DNA from: a bacterium
GTDB lineage: Bacteria > Patescibacteriota > Minisyncoccia > Phycocordibacterales > UBA2100
Direction of reading: 5' to 3'
DNA length: 64,000 bases
Assembly (NCBI GenBank): GCA_030674455.1
Contig: JAUSGQ010000002.1
Span: 6,207 to 70,206 of the forward strand
Made by a program: the position numbers and the translations under genes. Below the pieces are notes generated by a model. The model saw only the letters and a list, made by a program, of their open reading frames with translations, did no database searches and was not told the origin of the DNA. How positions within the stretch are numbered: the first letter of the stretch is position 1; every line of letters starts with the position of its first letter. This document shows, one piece after another, positions 47,380 through 56,211 of this stretch.

Positions 47380-48387
47380 ATGAGTATCCGAGTAGCTATC
47401 AATGGTTTTGGGCGTATCGGACGCGGGTTTACGCGCTCTGCGCACGGGAAGAAGAATATCGAGATAGTGGCAATAAATGACCTTGCGCCGGCTGCGAATC
47501 TTGCGTATCTCCTCAAATACGACACTGTGTACGGGCGTGCGCAGTTTCCTGTCGAAGCGGCGGAAGGCGCAATAATCATTGATGGAAAGAAAGTTCCCGT
47601 GCTTGCCGAGAAGGACCCGGCGAAGTTGCCGTGGAAAGATTTGAATGTTGATATAGCTCTCGAATCTACGGGATTTTTCACTAATGCTGAAAAGGCCGGC
47701 GCGCACCTGACAGCCGGCGCGAAGCGCGTTGTAATCTCGGCGCCCGGGAAAGGCGAGGGGGTTGAAACAGTCGTCATAGGAGTGAATGAAGAGAAGCTGG
47801 CTAATTGCAAAATAAGTTCAAATGCGTCTTGCACGACGAACGCGGTAACTCCTGTCATGGGCATTCTGGATGAAGCAATCGGAATAGAACGCGCAATTTT
47901 AAATACTACGCACGCCTACACCGCTTCGCAGGCGATAGTGGATGGGGTAGCGGCGGATGATTTCCGGCGCGGGCGTGCCGCGGCCTTGAACATGGGGCCA
48001 TCGACGACCGGAGCCGCTAAAGCCACAGCCCTCGTATACCCTCAATTCAAAGGAAAGTTTGACGGTCTCGCAGTGCGCGTTCCCGTCGCCTCCGGCTCGA
48101 TTGCCGACGTTACATTTGTCTCAAAGCGGCCGACAACAGTGGAGGAGGTGAACGAGGCATTGCGTGCCGCTTCAAAAACAGACCGCTGGAAGCGCGTTTT
48201 TTCCGTTACGGAAGAGGCCATCGTTTCCTCCGACATCCTGGGGCTTCCCTATGGCTCGATTGCTGATTTGCCGATGACGCGCGTCGTGGACGGCACGCTC
48301 GTCAAAGTGCTTGCATGGTACGACAACGAAATGGGATATGTGCATACATTGGTGGAACACATCTCGGAAGTGGGGAAGTATATTTAA
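47380..48387 (+). CDS. gap: Type I glyceraldehyde-3-phosphate dehydrogenase
   Basis: INGFGRIG, SNASCTTN, TTGAA, WYDNE. Confidence 0.97.
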   Translation: MSIRVAINGFGRIGRGFTRSAHGKKNIEIVAINDLAPAANLAYLLKYDTVYGRAQFPVEAAEGAIIIDGKKVPVLAEKDPAKLPWKDLNVDIALESTGFFTNAEKAGAHLTAGAKRVVISAPGKGEGVETVVIGVNEEKLANCKISSNASCTTNAVTPVMGILDEAIGIERAILNTTHAYTASQAIVDGVAADDFRRGRAAALNMGPSTTGAAKATALVYPQFKGKFDGLAVRVPVASGSIADVTFVSKRPTTVEEVNEALRAASKTDRWKRVFSVTEEAIVSSDILGLPYGSIADLPMTRVVDGTLVKVLAWYDNEMGYVHTLVEHISEVGKYI

Positions 48388-48435
48388 AATGTTCAATTTT
48401 TAATTTTGCAATTTTCAATCAATTATCAATTTTCA

Positions 48436-48807
48436 ATGAAGCAAACTGAAAGAAAATTCGACCGTGAAGAACGAACTGCAAAATTCGGCGAAAATATCAT
48501 TGCACTGTGCAAGAGAGTGAAACATACCAACATTACAGAACCTATCGTAAATCAACTCGTACGGTCTGGCACAAGCGTGGGAGCAAACTACATGGAAGCA
48601 AATGGCGCAAGTTCAAAGCGAGATTTTACAAACAAAATATTTATTTGCAAAAAAGAATCTCAGGAATCTAAACACTGGCTTCGGATGCTTGCTTCGTGTG
48701 GTTTGGAAGAAATTAAAGATGATATTCGCACGTTATGGAAGGAGGCTCAAGAACTTACATTGATATTTCAAAAGATAACTACATCCGCGCGTTCGTCATC
48801 TGTTTGA
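48436..48807 (+). CDS. Four-helix bundle protein (23S rRNA IVS-protein/TIGR02436-like) with AT-rich inverted flanks
   Basis: QLVRSGTSVGANYMEA..A.SKRDF..K..I..KE..E..HWL. Confidence 0.9.
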   Translation: MKQTERKFDREERTAKFGENIIALCKRVKHTNITEPIVNQLVRSGTSVGANYMEANGASSKRDFTNKIFICKKESQESKHWLRMLASCGLEEIKDDIRTLWKEAQELTLIFQKITTSARSSSV

Positions 48808-48864
48808 AATTTAAAACATTGTAAATTCAATGAAAATTAAGAATTAAAAATTGTAAATTGCTAT

Positions 48865-49356
48865 ATGCAAATCTATTTCGCAAGCGATCATGGTGGTTTT
48901 GAACTGAAAAATATCCTTGTTGGATATGTACGGTCGCTTGGATTTGCAGTGGAGGATTGCGGCGCAAAGAGTTTTGATTCTAACGACGATTATCCGAGCA
49001 TTATTGCGGGCGCCGCTCGCAAGCTTTCGGCCGACGCCCTTGCGGGCCGCGACAGCCGTGCAATCGTCATTGGCGCTTCCGGCCAGGGGGAAGCTATTAT
49101 TGCCAATCGTTTCAAAGGTGTGCGTTGTGCCACCTACTATGGTTCCGCGGGAGAGCAAAAAGACATGAGCGGAAAGACTCTCGATATGATTTCGTCCGTA
49201 CGCGAGCACAATAATGCGAACGCGATTTCTCTCGGTGCGCGATTCCTGACTGTTGATGAGGCGAAGAAGGCAGTTGAAAGATGGCTTAAAACGGACTTCT
49301 CTGGGGAGGAGCGGCATGCGCGAAGAATTGCACAGATTGACGAGATAAAGTCCTAA
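48865..49356 (+). CDS. rpiB: RpiB/LacA/LacB sugar-phosphate isomerase
   Basis: ASDHGG, DDYP, GASGQG, REHNNAN, RHARRI. Confidence 0.9.
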   Translation: MQIYFASDHGGFELKNILVGYVRSLGFAVEDCGAKSFDSNDDYPSIIAGAARKLSADALAGRDSRAIVIGASGQGEAIIANRFKGVRCATYYGSAGEQKDMSGKTLDMISSVREHNNANAISLGARFLTVDEAKKAVERWLKTDFSGEERHARRIAQIDEIKS

Positions 49357-49450
49357 TCTACGAATATATCCCAATCTACAAATAACTACGAATATCAAAA
49401 TACTCAACATTTGTAGCCATTTGTAGTATTCGTATCATTTGTATATTGGA
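49355..49450. repeat. Gene-less inverted element of ctac(g/a)aat units opposed to att(c/t)gta units
   Basis: Three tacRaat units on the left, complementary attYgta units on the right. Confidence 0.65.
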
Positions 49451-49456
49451 ACACGT

Positions 49457-50167
49457 ATGGCCGAAATTGAAATTATCCCGACGAATACTTGTCCGCCGGA
49501 TTATTCCGAGCTTGCTCGGCGCTCCGAATCTTTTTCGACATTTGCACCGGTGATACAACTGGATTTGGACGATGGAGTTTTTGCGCCGGTAGTTTCGTGG
49601 CCATACCACAAGGGTCAGTGGGAAGAAGTTGAAACGATGGCAAAAGGAGGAGAGAAGTTGCCATTTTCAGAAACGATGAAATACGAGACGCACTTAATGG
49701 TTCAAGAACCGGTGCGCATCGGAGAAATGCTCGCACAGATGGGTTGCGCGCGCATTATTGCGCACCGAGAAGTGTTTAAAGATGCGCAGGCAGTTACAAA
49801 TGCTTTTTCGAAATGGAGAGACGCGGGTGCATCAGAGTTTGGTTTGGCTTTGCTCATCGATACGCCGCTTTCTGTACTAGACGGATGCGTTGAGGATTGT
49901 GACGTCGTTCAATTAATGTCGATTCCGACCTTGGGAAAACAGGGCGCCCCCTATGACTCGCGCGTCATTGGCCGCATTGAGGAACTCCACAAGCGCTACC
50001 CGGAACTCATTATTGCCGTCGATGGCGGTGTTTCCGAGAAAAACATTGCCGACCTCGTACGCGCAGGGGCGAGGCGCTTTGGCATAGGTTCTGCTATCTC
50101 AAAAGCCGCGAATCCGGCCGATTCTTACGCGCGAATTAAGGCACTGGCTGAATCTGCAATCGTCTAG
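49457..50167 (+). CDS. rpe: Ribulose-phosphate 3-epimerase
   Basis: QLD..DGVF, HLMV, QLMS..GKQG, VDGGV. Confidence 0.82.
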   Translation: MAEIEIIPTNTCPPDYSELARRSESFSTFAPVIQLDLDDGVFAPVVSWPYHKGQWEEVETMAKGGEKLPFSETMKYETHLMVQEPVRIGEMLAQMGCARIIAHREVFKDAQAVTNAFSKWRDAGASEFGLALLIDTPLSVLDGCVEDCDVVQLMSIPTLGKQGAPYDSRVIGRIEELHKRYPELIIAVDGGVSEKNIADLVRAGARRFGIGSAISKAANPADSYARIKALAESAIV

Positions 50168-50179
50168 TAATGTTAGTGT

Positions 50180-50617
50180 ATGAAGACAATACTGTTCATA
50201 CACGGCCCCAATCTTAATCTGCTCGGCGCGCGCGAGGCAGAGCACTACGGCACAAAAACGCTGTCAGATATTGAATCGTTGGTGAAAGAACAGGCGAAGA
50301 AATTGGGATTCGAAGTGCTTGCGTTCCAATCCAACCACGAGGGCGCACTGGTGGATTTCCTGCAGAAGGAAGGTCCGAAAGCCTCGGGCATCATCATCAA
50401 TCCCGGTGCGCTCACGCACTCGAGCTACACATTGCACGACGCACTTCGCGACACGAAATTGCCTGCCGTTGAAGTTCATCTTTCCGACATCAACTCCCGC
50501 GAGGAGTGGAGGCGCGTTTCCGTTACGGCTCCCGCGTGCATCGCGCAAGTTTCCGGAAAGAAGGAAGAGGGGTACATTGAAGCGCTAGAAGTTTTGCATA
50601 AGAACATCCAAGGATGA
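50180..50617 (+). CDS. aroQ: Type II 3-dehydroquinate dehydratase
   Basis: GPNLNLLGARE..HYG, QSNHEG, INPGA, EVHLS. Confidence 0.95.
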   Translation: MKTILFIHGPNLNLLGAREAEHYGTKTLSDIESLVKEQAKKLGFEVLAFQSNHEGALVDFLQKEGPKASGIIINPGALTHSSYTLHDALRDTKLPAVEVHLSDINSREEWRRVSVTAPACIAQVSGKKEEGYIEALEVLHKNIQG

Positions 50618-51076
50618 ATTTGCAATAATCAATTTGCAATTTGCAAAGAAATCACAATAAACAATTACCAAACATGAAATACGATTTGGAAGAACGTGTG
50701 GCAAAATTTGGAGAGGACATTATTGATTTCTCGAAAAAGGTGGCGAAGAATGAGATTACCAAACCACTCATAAACCAGATTGTACGCTCTGGAACAAGCA
50801 TCGGTGCGAATTACATGGAAGCGAACGAAGCAAGTTCAAAGAAGGATTTCCGAAATAAAATCAAGATTTGTTGCAAAGAGTCTAGAGAAACAAAACACTG
50901 GCTACGAATGATAGCGCGTGCTGATGAAAAAGTGATACTATCATGCAAACTGCTATGGAAAGAAGGCGACGAACTCAATAGAATATTTGGCAGCATAGCC
51001 CGTAAATCCGTTGAGGTTTCTTGAAAATTATGACTTGTAAATTATTTGCAAATTGCAAATTGTCAAATTGAGATTT
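50617..51076. mobile_element. Putative element: four-helix-bundle gene between 18-bp inverted repeats
   Basis: caatttgcaatttgcaaa (50630) / tttgcaaattgcaaattg (51045); empty copy at 54658-54776. Confidence 0.7.
50674..51024 (+). CDS. Four-helix bundle protein (paralog of 48436-48807)
   Basis: QIVRSGTSIGANYMEANEASSKKDF..K..I..KE..ET.HWL. Confidence 0.9.
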   Translation: MKYDLEERVAKFGEDIIDFSKKVAKNEITKPLINQIVRSGTSIGANYMEANEASSKKDFRNKIKICCKESRETKHWLRMIARADEKVILSCKLLWKEGDELNRIFGSIARKSVEVS

Positions 51077-51082
51077 TATTTT

Positions 51083-51904
51083 ATGTCCATATCAGCTCAC
51101 ACCAAGCTCACTGCCGTTATTGGAAATCCGATAGGCCATAGTTTGAGCCCGCTTTTGCACAACGACATATACGCGCGCGAAGAGGTGGACGCCGTCATGC
51201 TTGCGTTCCAAAACCCGAACATCGCCGAACTTGTCGCCGCGATTCGTTCGCTTCCGATACATTTGACCGCCATAACGCTCCCGCACAAAGAATCCGTCAT
51301 CCCTCTTTTGGACGAGGTTGATGCGAAGGCGCTCGCCATCGGTTCGGTGAATACGGTCGTCAACACAAACGGGAAACTCAAGGGTTACAACACCGATGTC
51401 GTTGGCATCGCGGTCGCACTCAAAGATGCGGCGCTCAAAGGCAAGAGCGTTTTAATCTTCGGCGCCGGAGGTGCTGCGCGCGCTGTCGCATATCACATGA
51501 AAGAGAGCGGAGCGAAAATCCACAGCTACGATAGGACGCTCAAGAAAGCGCAGCTGTTGTGTGAGAAATTCGGCGGCACGGCACTGGAAGCCGCAGCTCT
51601 AAATGGCATGCAATTTGATGTCATCGTAAATGCCTCTCCCGTCGGCCTCCACCCCAATACTGATGCGACACCGGTACCGAAAGAAATGATCCGGAAAGGC
51701 GGAGTGGTATTTGACCTTGTATACAATCCGCTCGAAACTCGCCTCATGCGCGAAGCGCGGGAAGTTGGAGCGCAGGTTATTTCAGGCCTCACGATGCTCG
51801 TCGAACAAGCGCTCGAACAAGAGCGCCTATGGCTCGGAAGAGAAATTGGCAACGCTCCATACTACGTGCTTCTGGAGAGGGAGTTGAACAAACAGCACAA
51901 ATGA
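51083..51904 (+). CDS. aroE: Shikimate dehydrogenase
   Basis: GNPIGHSLSP, TLPHKE, SVNT, NTD, GAGGAA, DLVYNP. Confidence 0.93.
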   Translation: MSISAHTKLTAVIGNPIGHSLSPLLHNDIYAREEVDAVMLAFQNPNIAELVAAIRSLPIHLTAITLPHKESVIPLLDEVDAKALAIGSVNTVVNTNGKLKGYNTDVVGIAVALKDAALKGKSVLIFGAGGAARAVAYHMKESGAKIHSYDRTLKKAQLLCEKFGGTALEAAALNGMQFDVIVNASPVGLHPNTDATPVPKEMIRKGGVVFDLVYNPLETRLMREAREVGAQVISGLTMLVEQALEQERLWLGREIGNAPYYVLLERELNKQHK

Positions 51905-51906
51905 AA

Positions 51907-51951
51907 TTCCCGAGGTGACTCCTTGGTATTTTGCAAGGTGTCTCCTCGGGA
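51907..51951. repeat. REP doublet ttcccgaggtgactccttgg..caaggtgtctcctcggga; inverted copy at 58930-58974, variants at 59769-59896
   Basis: Near-identical reverse complement found at 58930. Confidence 0.85.
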
Positions 51952-52080
51952 GCAAAACGATATCATCATCTGATGTCCGGCCGGACATTAGATGATGATA
52001 TGCCGGAAAACTTGACAGGGGGGGGTTCTCAATATGATAGCTGTCGGCTGTTCCGATTAATCTTCCAGAAAGGAGGGACT

Positions 52081-52338
52081 ATGGCCATCCCAGACGATAT
52101 AACGCATTACATGGTCGACAGGCTGTTTCTGCGTCTTCCGGAAATTGAACATCGGGCGTTCATTGTGCATTGTCATGAGGCACCACATGAGGTTGTTGCC
52201 TCACTGACTTACGCTCGCGTGGATGCATTGCTGGAAGGCGCAGGGAAGAGCCTGCGCAGGACGGTGTGCGTAGAAGATTTCCAAGTAGCGGCAGAGCAAA
52301 TCGTAGCGCACATCAGGCAGCGCTACGTAGCCAGTTAA
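52081..52338 (+). CDS. Hypothetical protein
   Basis: 85 aa with aggaggg RBS and an upstream ttgaca. Confidence 0.55.
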   Translation: MAIPDDITHYMVDRLFLRLPEIEHRAFIVHCHEAPHEVVASLTYARVDALLEGAGKSLRRTVCVEDFQVAAEQIVAHIRQRYVAS

Positions 52339-52484
52339 AGCTGGCTGGTATTAGAGGTCGTACTAGGCAAAAGGGGCGTGCCGACAAGTACGACCTTTTT
52401 GTTTCGATACCAGGCTCGATACCAGGCTTTTGAGCGCTCCTCATCAGTGGTACACTAAATTCAACGGCCGAGCCGTTACTGCAT

Positions 52485-53531
52485 ATGGGAGTCACAATAA
52501 TCAAGAAAATGCCTTCTGCCGACGAGATAATCGCTCGTCATCCGCTTTCTGCGCAAGGAGAAAAGAACGTTGAAAGAGACCGCAAAGAAATTTCCGACAT
52601 TCTCGCGGGGCGCGATAACCGTTTGCTTTTTATCGTTGGCCCCTGTTCCGCGTGGCCGAGCGAGTACGTTCTTGAATACGCCAAGCGGCTGAAGTATCTT
52701 TCAGACGAACTCAAAAGCTCGCTCAAAATCGTAATGCGCGTCTACATCCAGAAACCCCGCACCATCAAAGGCTGGCTCGGGCCGGTAAATCAGCCCGACC
52801 CGTTCAAGCCGGCGGATATTGCCGCAGGAATTGAGTACTGCCGCGACATGATGGTGAAAATCGTTGAGATGGGATTGCCAATAGCCGACGAAGCGCTCTT
52901 CACCCACAACTCAAAAGGATTTGCGGAACTTCTTTCGTGGATAGCGATCGGCGCGCGAAGCGTAGAAGACCAGGAGCATAGGATTTTTGCTTCGGGCATG
53001 GAAGGCCCCGTGGGAATGAAAAATGCCACCTCCGGCTCAATTGATGTCGCGGTCAATGCTATCGTCGCCGCTCAACACAAACATGTAGCGGTAATAGACG
53101 GCTACCAGGTGGAGACGCACGGGAATCCATACGCGCATCTCGTGCTTCGCGGCGGAGAAACCGGCCCTAATTACGGCGCAGAATACATACACAAAGCGAA
53201 GGCCCTTTTTGAAAAGCACAAAGTTAAAAATCCATCAATCATCATTGATGCGAGCCACGACAACTGCATTGTGAACGGAAAAAAGGACTGCACGATGCAA
53301 TCAACCGTGGTGAAAGAGGTACTCGCGACGCTAAAGGTACACGACGACTGCCGCCATCTGGTAAAAGGTTTTATGGTGGAAAGTTTTCTCAAGGAGGGGA
53401 ATCAAAAGGTAGACTCACTCACGGAAGAAACGATTGACCGCGGCGGGCTTTCTATAACTGACCCGTGTTTGGGATGGGAAGCGACGGAGAAATTATTGCG
53501 TGATGTACACAAAGAGCAGCATGCAAACTAA
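52485..53531 (+). CDS. Class I-alpha DAHP synthase (AroF/G/H family)
   Basis: VGPCS, RVY.QKPRT..GW, IGAR, GMKN, LRGG, DASHDN, SITDPC. Confidence 0.93.
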   Translation: MGVTIIKKMPSADEIIARHPLSAQGEKNVERDRKEISDILAGRDNRLLFIVGPCSAWPSEYVLEYAKRLKYLSDELKSSLKIVMRVYIQKPRTIKGWLGPVNQPDPFKPADIAAGIEYCRDMMVKIVEMGLPIADEALFTHNSKGFAELLSWIAIGARSVEDQEHRIFASGMEGPVGMKNATSGSIDVAVNAIVAAQHKHVAVIDGYQVETHGNPYAHLVLRGGETGPNYGAEYIHKAKALFEKHKVKNPSIIIDASHDNCIVNGKKDCTMQSTVVKEVLATLKVHDDCRHLVKGFMVESFLKEGNQKVDSLTEETIDRGGLSITDPCLGWEATEKLLRDVHKEQHAN

Positions 53532-54660
53532 GACCATAGAAGCCAGTGTGGAGGGAGGAAAGGGATACTCCGTATCGATCGGTTTGGGGCTCGAAAAAGA
53601 ACTTCAGGAAATTGTGAGTCGAGAAGGAGGCGAGAATCGAATTGTAGTTATCACCGACAAACGCGTCGAGAAGTTTTTTGGAGCGCAGATTTTGTCGGCG
53701 CTTGAAATACCCCTGCCTGCGCCGCACGCGCGGCAGGCAGGTGGAAAACCCGTGGAGCTTTACAGTTTTTCGGAAGGGGAACGCAACAAGAATCAAAAGA
53801 CGGTAACGGCGCTTCAGCATGAGCTTCTGAACGGAAGATACGGACGCGACACTCTCATTATTGCAGTCGGTGGGGGAATTGTTGGCGATGTTGGCGGATT
53901 CGTAGCGGCGACATACATGCGCGGCGTTCCCTATATAAACGTCCCGACGACGCTTCTCGCGATGGTAGACAGTTCCATTGGAGGGAAAGTCGGCATTGAT
54001 ACAAAGTACGGAAAAAACACCATTGGCAGTTTCTGGCAGCCGCGCGCTGTAATCATGGATATTCAGTATCTCGCAAAAATGCCGCGCGAGCAGATAATAA
54101 ACGGCTTGCTTGAGGCCGTGAAGACTTTTATGACATCGGACCGCGAGGCACTTTCTCTCGTAGAAAAACTCAATCTTGATGAGCCGCTAGAAAACCCGGA
54201 GGTTCTTCAAGAAATTATTTTCCGCTCCGTTAACATTAAAGTCGGAGTAACGAGCCGGGATGTGCGCGAGGGAGGCGAGCGGATGGTACTCAATTTCGGA
54301 CATACTATCGGACACGCGATTGAACTGCTTTCCGGCTACCGTTTGCCGCACGGTTTTGCCGTGGGCTATGGCATTTTGGCCGAAGCGAAGATTTCTGAAT
54401 TGCTCGGCATACTTTCGCCGGCGGATTGCGCAGAAATCTACAAGCATTTTGCTCGCCTTGGAATTACTCCAAAGGATTTTCCTCAACACTCTCCGGAAAA
54501 GATTCTTGAAGCGACGCTTGGGGATAAGAAAACGCGTGGCGGAGTACCGCGCTATGTCTTACTTGAGTCCATCGGAAAAGTGCAGGTGAAGGAGGGCAAA
54601 TTTGCTCATCCGGTTGCGGACGATGTTGTTACAAAAGCGCTCCAAGACTTAAGACAATAA
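53521..54660 (+). CDS. aroB: 3-dehydroquinate synthase
   Basis: GGGIVGD, PTTLLAMVDSSIGGK, LNFGHTIGHAIE. Confidence 0.95.
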   Translation: MQTKTIEASVEGGKGYSVSIGLGLEKELQEIVSREGGENRIVVITDKRVEKFFGAQILSALEIPLPAPHARQAGGKPVELYSFSEGERNKNQKTVTALQHELLNGRYGRDTLIIAVGGGIVGDVGGFVAATYMRGVPYINVPTTLLAMVDSSIGGKVGIDTKYGKNTIGSFWQPRAVIMDIQYLAKMPREQIINGLLEAVKTFMTSDREALSLVEKLNLDEPLENPEVLQEIIFRSVNIKVGVTSRDVREGGERMVLNFGHTIGHAIELLSGYRLPHGFAVGYGILAEAKISELLGILSPADCAEIYKHFARLGITPKDFPQHSPEKILEATLGDKKTRGGVPRYVLLESIGKVQVKEGKFAHPVADDVVTKALQDLRQ

Positions 54661-54776
54661 TTTGCAAATACCAATTTGCAATTTGCAAAAGAATCCACAA
54701 ATTCCAAGCGTCAGAAGAGGCGATTATTTGTGAATTGAGTTTTGGAATTTCATTTGCAAATTGCAAATTGAGATTT
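54658..54776. mobile_element. Gene-less derivative of the four-helix-bundle element
   Basis: Same 18-bp inverted repeats at 54672 and 54753, same gagattt end. Confidence 0.7.
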
Positions 54777-54810
54777 AGGGGTGAGATTTACTAATGGTAT
54801 ACTGCCAACA

Positions 54811-55659
54811 ATGACAATTACAGATGAAGAAGTCCGGCAGATTGCACTTCATGCTAACGATATCCGGCAGACAATTGTTCGGATGCTCGCTGCTGCCGGC
54901 TCCGGGCATACCGCCGGCCCTTTGGGAATGTCTGATATTTTTGCGGCTCTCTATTTCCACGTATTGAAGCATGACCCGAAAAATCCGAGTTGGCCGGAGC
55001 GGGACCGACTATTTCTTTCCAATGGCCATATCGCACCCGTGCTATATGCCTCAATGGCGCACTCCGGATACTTTCCCGTTGAAGAATGTCTGACGCTCCG
55101 CAAATTCGGTTCGCGTCTGCAGGGGCATCCGGAACGGCATATGTTGCCCGGCCTTGAGTCAACATCGGGTCCTCTTGGAAGCGGGATTTCGCAGGCCGCC
55201 GGTTACGCGTATGCCGCGCGCATGGATGGAAGAGATTTCCGCGTGTATGTCGCGACATCGGACGGCGAACACGACGAGGGAAATTCGTGGGAGGGTGCGA
55301 TGTTCGCCTCCGCGAAGAAATTGGGAAACCTAACGCAAGTTATTGACCGCAATTTTATCCAGATAGACGGCAATACCGAAGACGTTATGCCGCTCGAACC
55401 ATTCGGCGATAAATACCGCGCGTTCGGCTGGCACGTCATCGACATAGACGGCCACGATATCAGGCAGTTCATTGGCGCATGCGAGGAGGCGAAAACTGTT
55501 ACGGACAAACCAACGCTTATTCATGCACGCACGACTCCCGGCAAAGGCATCAAATCCATAGAGAACGATTATCTCTGGCACGGCAAACCGCCGTCCAAAG
55601 CAGAAGAAGTGGTTTTTTTGAAGGAATTGGAGCTTGCTCGAGAGGAACTGCTCAAATAG
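54811..55659 (+). CDS. Transketolase N-terminal (TPP-binding) subunit
   Basis: SGH, RDRLFLSNGH, LQGHP, SDGEHDEG, WHGK. Confidence 0.93.
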   Translation: MTITDEEVRQIALHANDIRQTIVRMLAAAGSGHTAGPLGMSDIFAALYFHVLKHDPKNPSWPERDRLFLSNGHIAPVLYASMAHSGYFPVEECLTLRKFGSRLQGHPERHMLPGLESTSGPLGSGISQAAGYAYAARMDGRDFRVYVATSDGEHDEGNSWEGAMFASAKKLGNLTQVIDRNFIQIDGNTEDVMPLEPFGDKYRAFGWHVIDIDGHDIRQFIGACEEAKTVTDKPTLIHARTTPGKGIKSIENDYLWHGKPPSKAEEVVFLKELELAREELLK

Positions 55660-55667
55660 TTATGCGT

Positions 55668-55785
55668 CCCGTTAGAAGTCGCGGAAGTTCAGACTGTGGT
55701 ACATTCAAGGTATGTTATTTATCGGTCGGATGCTTACAAGCAATAACTTCTGAGTCGGAAGCGCGAGCTTCCTACTTCTAACGGG
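55668..55785. mobile_element. MITE-like element, ends cccgttagaag / cttctaacggg
   Basis: Perfect terminal inverted repeat; abuts the next ATG. Confidence 0.7.
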
Positions 55786-56211
55786 ATGCGCTCCACCAAA
55801 GAAGGGAAAAATCACATAATAATTCTCGAAAGAGGGGAGGATGTAATTCCTTCACTTCTGAAATACTGCACCGAAAACAGGATCACAGCGGGAGTTTTTA
55901 CCGGAGTTGGCGCCGTAAATAAAATAGAAATAGGGTATTACGAATTTGAAACGCGGGAATATCATTTCCGCAAAGAAGAAGGGGATTTTGAAGTCGCTAG
56001 TATGAACGGCAATGTCGCGCTTTTTGAAGGGAAACCGTTTATACATGCGCATGCAGTACTCTCTCGATGCGACAAAACTCTGGAATGCATCGGCGCGCAT
56101 ATCAAGAAATGCTCGGTCGCCATTACGCTGGAGATATTTCTGACGGAAGTTGAAGTTTCGCTTACGCGGGTACACGATGATTTTATCGGACTGAAGTTAT
56201 TAAAGGTATGA
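55786..56211 (+). CDS. PPC/DUF296 domain protein
   Basis: LERGEDV, GVGAV, EVASMNGN, HAHAVL, TLEIF. Confidence 0.88.
   Translation: MRSTKEGKNHIIILERGEDVIPSLLKYCTENRITAGVFTGVGAVNKIEIGYYEFETREYHFRKEEGDFEVASMNGNVALFEGKPFIHAHAVLSRCDKTLECIGAHIKKCSVAITLEIFLTEVEVSLTRVHDDFIGLKLLKV

Noticed and set aside
48436-51024. Diversity-generating retroelement (Avd-like proteins)
   Set aside because: No reverse transcriptase and no template/variable repeat pair differing at adenines was seen
52404-52427. 12-bp tandem duplication tcgataccaggc
   Set aside because: Isolated two-copy slippage with no further support
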